Part shown: one piece after another, positions 19,161 to 30,956 of the stretch
Position numbering within the stretch: position 1 is the stretch's first letter
Layout of the letters: each line of letters begins with the position of its first letter
Source of the DNA: an uncultured delta proteobacterium
GTDB taxonomy: Bacteria > Myxococcota > Myxococcia > Myxococcales > Anaeromyxobacteraceae
Direction: 5' to 3'
Length of the DNA: 64,000 bases
NCBI GenBank assembly: GCA_963845515.1
Contig: CAWJSR010000010.1
Location: 1-64,000 of the forward strand
Notes under the pieces: generated by a model
Told to the model about the DNA's origin: nothing
Databases searched by the model: none
The model's input: only the letters and a program-made list of their open reading frames with translations
Program-made: the position numbers and the translations under genes

Positions 19161-22100
19161 TTACTCAAAGTCGAGTGAAGCCGAGTAATCCAGCCCGCCC
19201 GGGTCCATATAGGTCAAGTCGACTGTCGCGCCAAAGGTGTAGCACCAGTCATCGTCCCACCAGCGGCCATACCACGAGTCCCAGGTTCCCGGCGAGCACC
19301 AACCTATCCCCAAAGCAACCCAGAAGCGGCCGCCGAAGAGATCGCAGGCGCTGCCCTCGCAGGTCCTACCCATAGCCGTCCCCCCCTCATCAAGGCGCGC
19401 GTACTCCAGATCCACCTGCCCGCGCCCACTGACCACGCATAGCACGGTGGCGTGCACCGCACCGGAGAGGATGCCCCCACCGACATCATCGCTCCAGAAG
19501 TACCAGAACTGAAACTCACCGGCGGCGTTGGCTTTGAGCAGGCACGAGCTGCCCTCCACGATGGGGAAGTCTCCGTTGACGAAGAGGTAGAGGCCGGTGT
19601 ACGTGTTCTCATTGCCAAGGGTGTCGAGCAACTCGCCGTAACCCGCGCGCCGCAGGACCGGGCTGTCGTAGATCGAGCCGAAAAGTACGCCGCCACCGAC
19701 TCGGTAGTCCATGTAGTTCCCCTCACCACGGACGCCGAGATAGGAGACGTTCTCGCCGTTGAACGGGCCGGAGCCGAACTCGCCCGCCAGATCGAGCCCG
19801 GCGATGCCCGCGATCCCGATCGTGTCAAGGTCGACCGTCGCCTCCACGCGCCACGCCGTCAGCGAGTCGGGGAAGGCCATCCCAAAGAACTCACCGTCCA
19901 CGCCGTAGTCGCCGATCAGGTTGAGATAGGGCGCGCCATAGAAGAGGACCTCGCCGTCGCGGTTCATCTCCGCCGTGATCCAGTCCATCCGGACGAAAAC
20001 ATCAACGTCCGTGATCCACAGGTCAAGCCCGTAGATGTCATAGGCCATCTGCGTGCCGCCCTCGAGCGCCGAAAGCTGCAGGCCCAGCCCATCGCGATGG
20101 AACGTCGCCACGAGCGCACCGTTGTTCATGGTGAGGCCCGTGGGCAACAGCGCCTCGCCGGCCTCCAGCCCGTTCACGCCGTACGCATCGTGGCCCCCGA
20201 GGGATTTCAGGATGGGCTCGACCACATCATAGACCTTGTCGAACTCCCGGGTGCCCCAGGCGTCCCACAGATCATACGCCAGGTCGATGGCGTCATTGTT
20301 ATCGCCGGACTGCGGCAGGCCGTAGCCGAACTTGACGGACCACGCTGCAATGTCATCTCGTACTTCGTCCCACTGGCCATAGGGGAGGACGCCGCCGGCC
20401 ACAGGGTCGGGCCGGTTCATCGCCAGAGCACGGAACGCGGCCTGGCTCGCCGGGTACCCCAGGAAGATGCCCAGCTTGTCCTCGGTCCCGATGTTGGGCC
20501 TCCAGTGAACCGAGATCACCGCCGCCACGTCGGTGCTGAAGAGCTGCTGATCGGGGAAGACCGTCGCCTCGGGATAGAGCCCCACCAGGACGCCGCCCTC
20601 GGTGTTGCCAAGGAACTTCACCGGCAGGTCAACACGCAACGCATCGTTGATCACGGGCCAGATCCACGGCAACTCGACCGCCTTCACCAGCAACTCGTGG
20701 ACACCGGACCCCAGGGTGTTCACAGCGATCGGGACCATTCCCACAAGCTCATCGACAGTCGGGATCGCGGAGGCCGCGAGACCCGTGACCGACGCGTCGC
20801 GCACCTCACCGAAGTAGTCGACGGCGACGTTGCCGTCGATGACGACAAGGCCGCACGCCACCGTTCCCGCCCGTGGCGCACGCATCGAGCGACACCGGCG
20901 TGAGGGCGCCATTGCCGTCCAGTAGCTTAGTCTGGAAGGCCGCCCAGGTTGTCGCCCACGTCGATACCCAGCGTCTCGGGAAGGGTGCCGGCCGCCAGCG
21001 GCGTGCTGTTGTAGCGGCTGAGCCGCAGCCCCGAGAAGGCGTAGGCGAAGCCGCTGACGCGGTACTCGAGCGCCGGCGGGGCATAGAGACGCACCGCGCC
21101 GATGTCGCCGTCGGGCAGCCATTCGCTCGCAAGCGCCAACGTCACCGTCATCGTGCCCGGCTGGGCGGCCACCGGCGCCGAAGCCCGCCACGGCGGCCCG
21201 GCTGTTGGTCAGCGCCAGCAGCAGCCCCTGTCGCACCCGAGCGCTCCGCCGTAGTCGCTACCTACGGGGTCGTACTGCCAGGTCTGGGGCGTCTCGGTGA
21301 AGGCCCAGTACTTGTGTAGCACCGTCGTCGGCTCGCGGAAGCCGCCCCGGACCGGGCGGTTGGTTTGGGTTCACTTGCCAGACGTCAAGCTGCAACCAAG
21401 CATCCGTCGGGTAATCTAGATAGAGATCGGTCTCATAGACGAGCGGCGGGGAGACGGCGCCGTTGTCGATGAATAGGAGCTCGATACGCTGGACCTGCTC
21501 ACTGTAGCCATACCCGTTCTCCCGCGCACCACCTCCGCTCAGGATCAGGTGTCCGCTCACGCCACCGCGACGGATGTAGACGTCCATCGACGAAGGCTCG
21601 AAGTCCGGTGGCGTATAGAAGTCGTAGAGCACCACAGCATCGTTCGCGTTGAGGTTGATGCCCGGGTCGAACAGCCCGCCGGTCGCTGCATCGCTCAGTT
21701 GTCGCCAGGCATTCTCGGCGGGCAGTGGCGCCGTCGTCGCGCCGCTCCCGCCAGGCGTCGCTCCGGCAAGGTACAGTGTCCCTCTACGGCTCTCCACTTC
21801 AAAACTCGGCCAGCCTGCGGGTGCGTCCAACAGCACAGTGGCCGTCATCATCCCATCCGCGCCGATGGAGATGGCGGAACCCTCCATCTCCACTGCCATC
21901 GTTAGCGTCCGCTCGTGCAGCGCGCCAAAGGTCCATTCGCAGAGCGAGTAATGATCGTCGGCGAAGCCGCGACACGTCGCATTGAAGGAGGCCAGGTCGA
22001 TGTTGGTACCACGATCGTAGTAGGTCAGCCGTGCCGACGCGTCGCGAAGCAGCCCACGCTGAATACGGCTGCCGGTGATGGCCAACTCCGCGCCGTGTGC

Positions 22101-25100
22101 GCTCACCTCGATGGCGGCGGGCAGACTGGTGACATAGCTGAGGTCGTCGTTCGTGCCAAACGTCCCACTGAGTCCTGTCGTCGGACTACAGCATCGGCCG
22201 GAGGTGTAGTCCGGTCGCATGAAGGCCAGATTGCTGTCGGGTCGCCTGACCCGAGGACGGTCGCATCGGACCCATAGTTCAGCCGGTCCTCCGTCGTCAC
22301 CAGGCATGCCGAAGCTGATCGCACGCTCGTCGATAGCAATCTCACCGGGGCTGGTCAGGAGCCACGGTAGATTCTCATCGACAATGGCCCCTGCCGGGTA
22401 ACCGGGATCGAAGGCGAAGCCGCTGGTCACGTTGTTGAACACGCCGGATATCTGGCTGGCATCGCCCGCCGCGGTCCGTATCCGGATGTTCGACGGAAGT
22501 GTCACCGTCACTTCAGCCCGCGACGCTTGCCAGGTGTCACCGGCGGTGAACTCGATCTGCCCGAAGCGTCTGGGGAAGTAGGCGGGTGCCGTCGTATTAT
22601 AGTTGAGTGACGCGACGATTCTGCCGTCGAGGTGCAATCCATCTCTGGTCGCTACACTGACACCATAGAAGTAAACGACTCGGAAGACGTCTCTGGCAAG
22701 AGTCAGTGTGCCGTGACCATAGGCGTTATCCGCGCTAAATGTAGAAGGAGGACAGTCTCGCCCCGTGATCGACGTGTAGTACACCACGTCGGTGAGGACC
22801 CAACCATTGGCCAAGTTGACCACGTCCTGCATGCCGACATCTGCCGGCGGGTGCTGTGTGATGAGGCATGCGCCAAAAGGCGGTACCGGCGTGATGGCAT
22901 CGCCCCCCAGCGACAGAGTCTGCGCCGGGTAAAGCGCAGCCAGCGGCGTCGCCCCCCAGTAGCCCAGCACCTCGTACGTCGTCGGGCTGAAGAGTAGCAC
23001 GGCATACTCGTACGGCTGGTAGGGGCTGGGATCGGAGTGGTCCTCGATCCAGTGCGGCTGAACCTGACGCGACCTCCGTTACCTGCAGCCAGCTGCCCCT
23101 CGGGATACGACGGTATAGCGCCATCGGCGGTGACCACTCGTCGACGTTCGCTATCTCAACCTTGACGTATGCAGGCGCCGTGTCTGTCATCCATGTGACA
23201 GCAGCCAGATCACCAAGGTCGGTCATCTGCCGCTCGGAGTTGATGAAGTTGTTGGTAACGCGCACCCAGCTCTCCGAAGAGGCGCCGGTACCGCCGGAAC
23301 CGGTCGTCGACCCGTCGATCTCGATCCAGGCGCCCGGCAGCATCCCGCCACTCGCCGTGCCGGTCAGCGTAACCGTGGACGTGATCGGCCCGTCGTCGCC
23401 GGGCGCCGTGACAACGACGTCGGTCGGAGGGCCATCGTCGGGCGCACCGGTGTCGCCAACCTCGATCTCCCAGACAAAGACGTTGTCTTGCTGAGTGACC
23501 GTCGTCGTCATCGGGGGGGGTGGTGGCAGGATATCGCTGCCCTCCAGGTGCGTGCAGTAGGGCTGCGATGCACTTACATTGCCGTGCCCGTCTACTGCCT
23601 CCAGACGGTAGTAGACGTCGGTGGCATAGGGAGGAACGTACTCATCCGTGATCTCGGCAGAGCCACCGGCAACGGTGACGCGCTTTACGAGGTGCCACGG
23701 GCCGGTCGCGGAGAACCCTCGGTAGACCGCAATCTGGCGTACCTCCGGGCTCAGGCCGTTCAGGATCAGGGGCAAGGCGTTCGCAGAGCAGTTGGTCGCG
23801 TTGTAGGGGATACCAGCGAACGTCGGGTCGGTTCGCGTGTACAGTGCGCCCTTGGCCGCCTGACCCGGCGCCGACCAGTTGCCGGCGTTGTCGCGAACCT
23901 GGACCCGATACCAGAAGACCTGATCCTTGGGCGGCACATCGGTGGTTGTCAGCGTCACCGCCCCGGTCACGGCTAGCTGCTGGTTGGCCACAGGCGTCCA
24001 CTGGTCCAGCGGCAGCGTGAGCTCGGGGCTGCGCGTGACATAGAAGCGCAGCGGTTGGCTTACCTCAACGGTGTCACTATAGATCCATGTGAGGGTCAGC
24101 TCGGACTGCGCCGCATCGGCCTGCACCGTCAGATCGTTCGCAGGCTCGGGCGGCATCAGCTCGCGTGCGGTTATAGGCAGTGCCGTTGAGCACGTGCCTT
24201 CACGCCGAAGTCCATCGACCGGACAGACCTTGTAGTACCACTGCTTGTAGAGCTGCCCGGGATCGGTCACGATCTCGCGCAGGTCTTCTTTGAAGAAGAA
24301 CTGCGGAAAGCCGTCATCCGTCTCCGGCGGCAGCATGATACCGGTCAGGATCTCGCAGTAGATGGAGAATGGGTGAGCGCAGTCCGCCTTGGTCGGGCTT
24401 ACCTTCTCCCAAGGTCCGGTCGCTGAGGCTCCGCGGTAGACACGATATCCGGCCAGGTTGAAGGCAGTCAGGCCGTCGCCAAGCGCACCCGTGCTGGTCG
24501 GGATATCCCAGATCAGGTAGATCGTCCCATCCCAGGGACGGTAGTCCTGAGCCTCAATCCACGCGAAGCGCTCGGCAGCGGTGTCGGGCCGGCTACTCGG
24601 CCTCACGCCGAGATCAGCGGGGCCCGTCCAGACCCCGCGCAGCCCTGCGGGCGTGGGCAGGCCGGACGTCGCCGATGGAACACGCGCAGGCACGAGCGGC
24701 AGTGAGCCTCCCAGGGGCGCCACCCGGTACTCCAGGGTGACGCCGTCGGGGGCGTCACGGTCCAGATATGACGTCCCCATCGCCAGTCCCACCTGGTAGT
24801 ACTGCCCTTGGAGCATCTTCACCAGGGCCGGCTCCTGTCCCAAGGCGCTCGAAGAGCCGCTTGAGGGTAAGCGGGGGATCGCCGGCATCGGCTCGTAGAT
24901 CAAGCAGCAACTGGTCGGTAAGGTCCTGGCCGAGTACAGCCGACAGGTCCTCAGGCGCTTCTGACGGGCTGCGCGGTCCCCAGGTAGACCCAGTCAAGCT
25001 CCCCTTCGAGGCGTCGCGAGATCGTGTATCCGCTCCCGGCAGTGCTCACAGACGACGCCGTTACCGATGCGCTCTGTTCGCCGCCGCGAATGGTCAGCGG

Positions 25101-25379
25101 CAGGTAGACGAAGTGGCGGTAGAGCGTTGACCACTGCAATAACACAGTTCGCTCGCCATCGATATCGGCCTGCGCCCAGCTCACGATCCGAGCGTCACCC
25201 GGCGATTCAGGTGGCACTTCTGCCGCCGGTACGATCGGGGAACTCTCCGTCTCCGGCGCACCCGCCAGGGGCAGTGGACCGAGCACCAGCCCCATGACCA
25301 CGATGAGTACCCACGCCGTGGACCAGGCCCCAGTCCGTCGCCGTCGAGTGTCACGCCGATCCCCGCTTCGCTCTGGCAT
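19161..25379 (-). CDS. giant (~2000 aa) secreted protein with Fn3-like segments, split by several frameshifts
   Basis: GGAGG RBS, signal-like helix, VYLPLTIR; overlapping minus-strand ORFs; GYRVYRG, YYKVCPVD, WYRVQVRDNAGNWS, YYRLEAVDGHGNVS. Confidence 0.65.
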
Positions 25380-25437
25380 GTCATGCACCTCCTGTCTCCC
25401 AGATCCCAGCTCCAGTTCCGTGGTTGTGGTAACCGCT

Positions 25438-25689
25438 TCAGCATCTCTGGCGCCCGGGGAGCCGCGCCAATGATTCAACTCCCTCGACCTCGGCGGTGGG
25501 CGGTTCATCGGCGACCGTCCGCTCCAGGTATGACACGAGCTCCTGCAGTCCGGCAAAGCCCAGACGCCGGCCCGTGCCCGGCTGCTCCAGCGAGGCGCGC
25601 CACACCATCCGGTCTCCGTCGGTCGTCTGCCACAGACGCAGCAGGTACGCCCGGTACCCCAAGCCCTCCCTGCACCGTTCGTCGCTCAT
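25438..25689 (-). CDS. small hypothetical protein
   Basis: YRAYLLRLW...WRASLE.P.TG.R.GF..L..L..YL, a pattern I recognise from small Chloroflexota proteins. Confidence 0.7.
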   Translation of the reverse strand: MSDERCREGLGYRAYLLRLWQTTDGDRMVWRASLEQPGTGRRLGFAGLQELVSYLERTVADEPPTAEVEGVESLARLPGRQRC

Positions 25690-25762
25690 CCCGCCCACCC
25701 TCCGTGCCCACCCCAGATACCCAGGCCCCGGCCCCCTGCCGCCAGCCGCAGACTGCCGGGCG

Positions 25763-26812
25763 CTAACGGCTCATCGCCGTCACATAGACAAACGGCTCAT
25801 AAGCGTCGCCCACGAAGATGGTGCGCCCGTCAGGCGTCACCGCCACAACCGAGGGAAACAGGAAAGTACCCACGTCCCACCCCTCTTCGGTGCGCACGCC
25901 CTCCTCACCGATCCAGCAGACGAGATCTCCGAGCGGGTCCAGTACTGCCACGGCGGCAGGCGCCTGCGTCGCCAGATACAGATAACCTGCGTCGTCCACG
26001 GCGACTGACTGCGGGCCGGCCGCCGCCAGTATCTCGCGTCCAAGCTGCTGGATCAGCCGGCCCGCCTCGGGCTCCAGCTCCCCCAGAAAACCGCCGAGGC
26101 CCACCACGTAGAGTGTCCCGTCGGGACCCACGTCCATCGCGCGCACGTCCCATGCCGGGGCCAGCGGGAAGCTGCGAAGATAGCCGCCCTCAGGATCAAA
26201 GACCTGCACCCGTAATACGGGCGCACCCGTCGCATCGCTATTCGGGTCAAGCACGAAAACCTCGCCCGCCGGGCTCACGGCCAGCGCACGCGGACTGTCA
26301 CCGCCAAGCTCACCGTCGCCCTGCCCGAGGCTGCCGAAGCCTCCTAGCAGGCCTCCCTCGGAATCGAAGATCGTCACCTGGTGGAGCGCGCTATCGGCCA
26401 TATACAGCCTTCCATCGGGCCCGACGGCGACGTCGGACACATAGCCGATCACTCCCGGCGATGCCCGCATCGCCAGGGACCCATCGAGGTCGAAGCCGCT
26501 GATGCCGCCGTAGGCATCAGTTACAAGGAGCAGCGATGCCGTGGCGTCCATGCCGGTCACGGTCGAGAAGCTCAGATCATCCTCCCCCGCCCCAATCGCG
26601 GCGGCATCAAGCCTCCACCGGACGGTTGCCTCACCTGCCTCCGGCGTCTCGGGCTTTGGCGCGGGTTGAGACCCGGCAGGCACAGCCGTCGCCTGCTCCG
26701 CGGCGTCTTCGCGGCCTACCGCCACGTCTTCGTGGCGCACCGTTGCGCACGCCAGGCCGGCGATCACCAGCAGCGCCATGCTTCCCCAGACACCCAGCCG
26801 TCGATGGCCCAT
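25763..26812 (-). CDS. NHL-repeat beta-propeller lipoprotein
   Basis: lipobox GLAC; DVAVGPDGRLYMAD, PRALAVSPAGEVFVLD, PQSVAVDDAGYLY, FLFPSVVAVTPDG. Confidence 0.85.
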   Translation of the reverse strand: MGHRRLGVWGSMALLVIAGLACATVRHEDVAVGREDAAEQATAVPAGSQPAPKPETPEAGEATVRWRLDAAAIGAGEDDLSFSTVTGMDATASLLLVTDAYGGISGFDLDGSLAMRASPGVIGYVSDVAVGPDGRLYMADSALHQVTIFDSEGGLLGGFGSLGQGDGELGGDSPRALAVSPAGEVFVLDPNSDATGAPVLRVQVFDPEGGYLRSFPLAPAWDVRAMDVGPDGTLYVVGLGGFLGELEPEAGRLIQQLGREILAAAGPQSVAVDDAGYLYLATQAPAAVAVLDPLGDLVCWIGEEGVRTEEGWDVGTFLFPSVVAVTPDGRTIFVGDAYEPFVYVTAMSR

Positions 26813-27050
26813 CGCACCTCCTGATCCGCTTCCGGTGCCCCTATCATCGCAGACAAGCGTCACAACACCGTCATAGAGCCAAGTCTGGTACGCGCTGTGG
26901 CGTGAACCCACTGGTCGGGGTTGGCCCACGCAGAGAGGGGGAACCTGCTCCTCTCCCAGCGACCTCCGAGTCGCCCTCTCAACCGGACTCAGTATAATGG
27001 TCCCGTGCGCCGCCGCACGCGATCGATCTTGGGGAGGATCCGACCGCCGT

Positions 27051-30000
27051 ATGGCACAATTGTCGCTCACGTTCCTGGGCTCTTTCCACGTCGCCGCCGA
27101 CAACCAGGCGCTGACCGCCTTCACCACCGACAAGGCACGCGGCTTGCTGGTCTACCTTGCCGTGGAAGGCGGTCGCCCCCACACCCGTGCTGCACTCGCC
27201 GGGCTTCTGTGGCCCGACCAGCCCGAGGAGCGCGCGCGCCAAAGCTTGCGCCAGACACTCCTGTACTTGAGACAGGCACTGGGTCCTTGCGCGGATCGGC
27301 TGCGCGCCGACCGTGATGGCGCCGAGCTTGTGTGGGTGCCTGGTGACCGGCTGGATGTTAGCGAGTTCAGTGCCCTGAGCGATGGCTGTCATCATCACCA
27401 GCACCGGCGCGCAAGCCGCTGCCTGCCCTGCCTGCGCCGTCGAGAGGCGATGGCCGAGCTCTACCGGGGAGAGTTCCTCGCGGGCTTCTTCGTCGACGAC
27501 AGCGATCGCTTCGAGGAATGGGCCGTGCTCAGACGCGAGTGGTTCCACCGCGAGGCCATCGAGTCGTTGGAGACGCTCGTCGCCTATCGGGAGCGGCGGG
27601 GCGACCTGCAGGCGGCGAGAGAGATAGCCCACCGCCAGGTGGCACTGGAGCCGTGGTCCGAGGAGGCCCATCGCGTCTTGATGCGCCTCATGGCCCACGA
27701 AGGTCGTCGCACTTCCGCCTTGGCCCAGTACGAGGCTTGCCGTCGTGCCCTGGCAGAGGAACTGCGTGTTGAGCCGACGGCGGAGACCACCGCACTGTAC
27801 ACGCAGATCCTCCACGAGACCCTGCCGCCGGCGCCCGCCGTTGTCGCGCCTCACCCACCGTCACCGTTGCTGGGCCGGGACGCTGAGCTCGAGGAGCTGA
27901 CTGGGCTCCTCGCCGGTCCACAGACGCGTCTGATCACCCTGGTCGGCCTGGGCGGCATAGGCAAGACCCACCTCGCTCGGCAGATCGCCCAGGATCACCT
28001 GGGCACGTTTCGAGATGGCATAGCCTTCGCCTCACTGGAGACCCTTGGCGGCAGCGCATCGGATGCCGAAATCGGAGCGGTCATCGCCGAGGCTCTGGGC
28101 CTTGCGGCGAGCGCAGTGAGCGAGCCATGGGTCGCGATCCTCGAACACCTCCGGAGGCGCGAGCTGCTGCTTGTGCTCGACAATCTGGAGCAACTGCTCG
28201 ACTGCCCGGCGCCCGAACTGGGTGGAGCACCATGCGTGGACCGCATCGCCAAGCTGCTGCACCAGGCACCGAACGTTGTAGTCCTGGCCACCTCGCGCGA
28301 GCGCTTGCGGTTGCTCGAGGAGATCGTCTACGACGTTGACGGCCTTGCCTACCGGACGACTCCCGCAGACCCGGAGCCGGATCGATACGGCGCGGTTGCT
28401 CTCTTCACGGCGCGGGCACGTCAGGTCCGACGCCACTTCGTGCTCGACGCCTCCACCCTACCAGATGTCATCCACCTCTGTGAGCTCGTACAGGGGGTGC
28501 CGCTTGCCATCGAGCTGGCAGCAGCAACACTCACCGAGCGCACCTTGGCCGACACCATCGCCGTGCTGAGTGCCACGCTCGACACGCTGACAACGCCATT
28601 TCACGATGTCACACCACGGCACCGCAGCCTGCGCGCGGCGTTCGAGCACTCGTGGACCCTCCTCACAGACGATGAGCAACGACACTTGGCCGGGTTGTCG
28701 GTCTTCGTCGACTCCTTCACTCCCTCAGCCGCATCCGCGGTTCTTGGCGTATCCAGCGCAGCGGCGCTCGCGTCGCTGCTGCGAAAGTCACTGCTCCGGC
28801 GAGGCGGGGATGACCGCTTCAGCCTCCACGGCATCATCGCTGAGTACGCCGCCGAGAAGCTGGCAGCCGATCCACTGCAAGCCGCGGCTTACCGCGCACG
28901 CCACGCGGCTCATTATGCGGCCCTGGCGCGACGACTCGAACCCAGCCTGCGTAGCGCCGACGCGGTCGCGGCCACCACCGCCCTCCAGCAGGAACGCGCC
29001 CACCTCCGCACGGCCTGGGTGTGGGCAATCGGTCAGGAAGACTGTGAGTGCCTGGAATCGCTCGCCACCGCCTTCAGCCTCCTCTGTTGCCTGCGCGGCC
29101 CGCTGCCCGAGGGAGTTGCTCAGGTCCGTGCTGTGGTGGCGCGGCTATGGCCAGTGCAGGAAAGGCATGGGCCATCCGGCACGTTGCTCCCCAGACTTCA
29201 CCTCGAGCTGGCGCGCCTGCTCTCCACCGGTGCCCACTATGGTGAGGCTCTGGAGGCCGCCGAGCGCGGCTTGGCGCTGGCGGCGCCAAGCCCGGCGCTT
29301 GAGGCCGAAGCGCAGCTCCTCGTGGGTCAGATCCTCGTACAACGGGCCGCCTACGAGCCCGCACGCACTCGCCTTGCGACAGCGCTTGATCTGGCGCAGT
29401 CGACCGAGCTGCCCCTTGTGGCGGCCGATGCGCTCCGTGAGCTGGCCAACATCGCCAACCGGCAGAGGGCAATCGAGCAGGCGCGCGCGCTATACGATCA
29501 GGCACTGTCGATCTACCGGTCGCATGGTGATATCCGAGGGGAGACCGCCGTCCTGAACAACCTTGGCGCACTGGAGTACGATCTGGGCAATAGCACAGTA
29601 GGGCGGGCTCTGCTCTCGGAGGCCTTGACGCTCTACCGAAAGCTCGGAGACGACCGGGGCGCCGCCAAGGCGCTCAACAATCTGGCCAACTTCGCTGCCG
29701 GCGAGGGCGACCACAGTGACGCCCTGACGCACTATGGCGAGGCGCTGCACCTGATGGAGGCGATGGGGAACACCCGTGGGCAGAGCGTGGTCCTGAACAA
29801 CCGTGGTACCGTGCTCTGGGCTGTCGGCCAGTACGTCGCGGCGGATGCACACTACCGCAGGGCATTGCGCATATACCGCGAGAGCGGCAACGAGCAGGCC
29901 GCAGCTGAGACACTGGCCAACCAGGCTCTACTGGCTTACAGTACCGGCGACTACGCCTCCGCAGTGGCTACCGCAGAGCAGGCGATCGCGATCTCGGAGA

Positions 30001-30452
30001 CGTTCGGCGACGTCGATAACCTTGCCAATGCCTGGAGCTACTTGGCCAAGGCACAGACGGAGATTGGGGCGCTAGACGCCGCCGAGGCCAGCCTGCAGCG
30101 CGCTCTGGGACTACGAGGAGACATCCTTCACCCGGAATCTGCGACCGAGCTTCAGGCCGAACTGGCTTATCTGACCCTACTTCGGGGGCGGCCTCACGAC
30201 GCCCTTGCGCAGTTAGGACCCGTCCTGGATGCACTGGCCCACGACCTCTTGGTCCGGGGCGCGGAGGAGCCCTTGCGCGTCCACTGGATCTGCCATCACA
30301 TCCTGTCCGCCTGCGGCGACCCGCGCGCTGACCACGTGTTGGGGCGTGCGCGCGCCACCCTCCTTGCCCAGGCCGAGCGGTTGGCCGATCCTGAGATGCG
30401 CCGGTCATACCTCGAGGCAGTCGCGATCCATCGCACGCTGCTGTCGCATTAG
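27051..30452 (+). CDS. AfsR-like SARP/BTAD + NB-ARC-type ATPase + TPR regulator
   Basis: KARGLLVYLA, LYRGEFLAGF, LEPWSEEAHR, GLGGIGKT, LLVLDNLE, GVPLAIELAA, LNNLG TPRs. Confidence 0.92.
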   Translation: MAQLSLTFLGSFHVAADNQALTAFTTDKARGLLVYLAVEGGRPHTRAALAGLLWPDQPEERARQSLRQTLLYLRQALGPCADRLRADRDGAELVWVPGDRLDVSEFSALSDGCHHHQHRRASRCLPCLRRREAMAELYRGEFLAGFFVDDSDRFEEWAVLRREWFHREAIESLETLVAYRERRGDLQAAREIAHRQVALEPWSEEAHRVLMRLMAHEGRRTSALAQYEACRRALAEELRVEPTAETTALYTQILHETLPPAPAVVAPHPPSPLLGRDAELEELTGLLAGPQTRLITLVGLGGIGKTHLARQIAQDHLGTFRDGIAFASLETLGGSASDAEIGAVIAEALGLAASAVSEPWVAILEHLRRRELLLVLDNLEQLLDCPAPELGGAPCVDRIAKLLHQAPNVVVLATSRERLRLLEEIVYDVDGLAYRTTPADPEPDRYGAVALFTARARQVRRHFVLDASTLPDVIHLCELVQGVPLAIELAAATLTERTLADTIAVLSATLDTLTTPFHDVTPRHRSLRAAFEHSWTLLTDDEQRHLAGLSVFVDSFTPSAASAVLGVSSAAALASLLRKSLLRRGGDDRFSLHGIIAEYAAEKLAADPLQAAAYRARHAAHYAALARRLEPSLRSADAVAATTALQQERAHLRTAWVWAIGQEDCECLESLATAFSLLCCLRGPLPEGVAQVRAVVARLWPVQERHGPSGTLLPRLHLELARLLSTGAHYGEALEAAERGLALAAPSPALEAEAQLLVGQILVQRAAYEPARTRLATALDLAQSTELPLVAADALRELANIANRQRAIEQARALYDQALSIYRSHGDIRGETAVLNNLGALEYDLGNSTVGRALLSEALTLYRKLGDDRGAAKALNNLANFAAGEGDHSDALTHYGEALHLMEAMGNTRGQSVVLNNRGTVLWAVGQYVAADAHYRRALRIYRESGNEQAAAETLANQALLAYSTGDYASAVATAEQAIAISETFGDVDNLANAWSYLAKAQTEIGALDAAEASLQRALGLRGDILHPESATELQAELAYLTLLRGRPHDALAQLGPVLDALAHDLLVRGAEEPLRVHWICHHILSACGDPRADHVLGRARATLLAQAERLADPEMRRSYLEAVAIHRTLLSH

Positions 30453-30489
30453 AGATTCCTTAGAACTCCCGCGCTCCCCCTCCGAGTCC

Positions 30490-30518
30490 TTGACAAGCCT
30501 CCCGAAGAGTGTTATTAT
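30490..30518 (+). promoter_or_regulatory. sigma70 promoter of groESL
   Basis: TTGACA-N17-TATTAT with an extended TG. Confidence 0.85.
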
Positions 30519-30529
30519 TCGGATTAGCG

Positions 30530-30556
30530 TTAGCACTCACACACGTAGAGTGCTAA
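30530..30556 (+). promoter_or_regulatory. CIRCE element (HrcA operator)
   Basis: perfect TTAGCACTC-N9-GAGTGCTAA. Confidence 0.97.
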
Positions 30557-30594
30557 GACACTGCGACACGATATACGGATTACGGAGGTAAGGT

Positions 30595-30900
30595 ATGAGT
30601 GTGAAGATTCGACCCCTTGGTGATCGTGTGATTGTTGAGCCCAACGACGAAGAAGAGATGACCTTCGCAGGCGGCCAGCTGGTTCTCCCCGACACCGCCA
30701 AAGAGAAGCCCCAGAAGGGCACTGTGGTAGCCGTAGGGCCGGATGTTGAGGTCAAGAATGACGACGGCGTTGTCGTCGGCCCTCAGGCAGGTGACCTGGT
30801 TATCTTTGCTAAGTACGCTGGCACCACGTTCAAGACGCGTGACGGTCAGGAACTGCTGATTCTCAAGGTCGACGACATCCTGGGTGTCATCGAAGACTAG
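30595..30900 (+). CDS. groES: co-chaperonin GroES
   Basis: IRPLGDRVIV, LPDTAKEKPQKGTVVAVGP, KYAGT. Confidence 0.98.
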   Translation: MSVKIRPLGDRVIVEPNDEEEMTFAGGQLVLPDTAKEKPQKGTVVAVGPDVEVKNDDGVVVGPQAGDLVIFAKYAGTTFKTRDGQELLILKVDDILGVIED

Positions 30901-30956
30901 TCTCAGCACAAGCACGACAGAGTAAGATCATCTCTATTTGGGAGGAATGAGGAACT

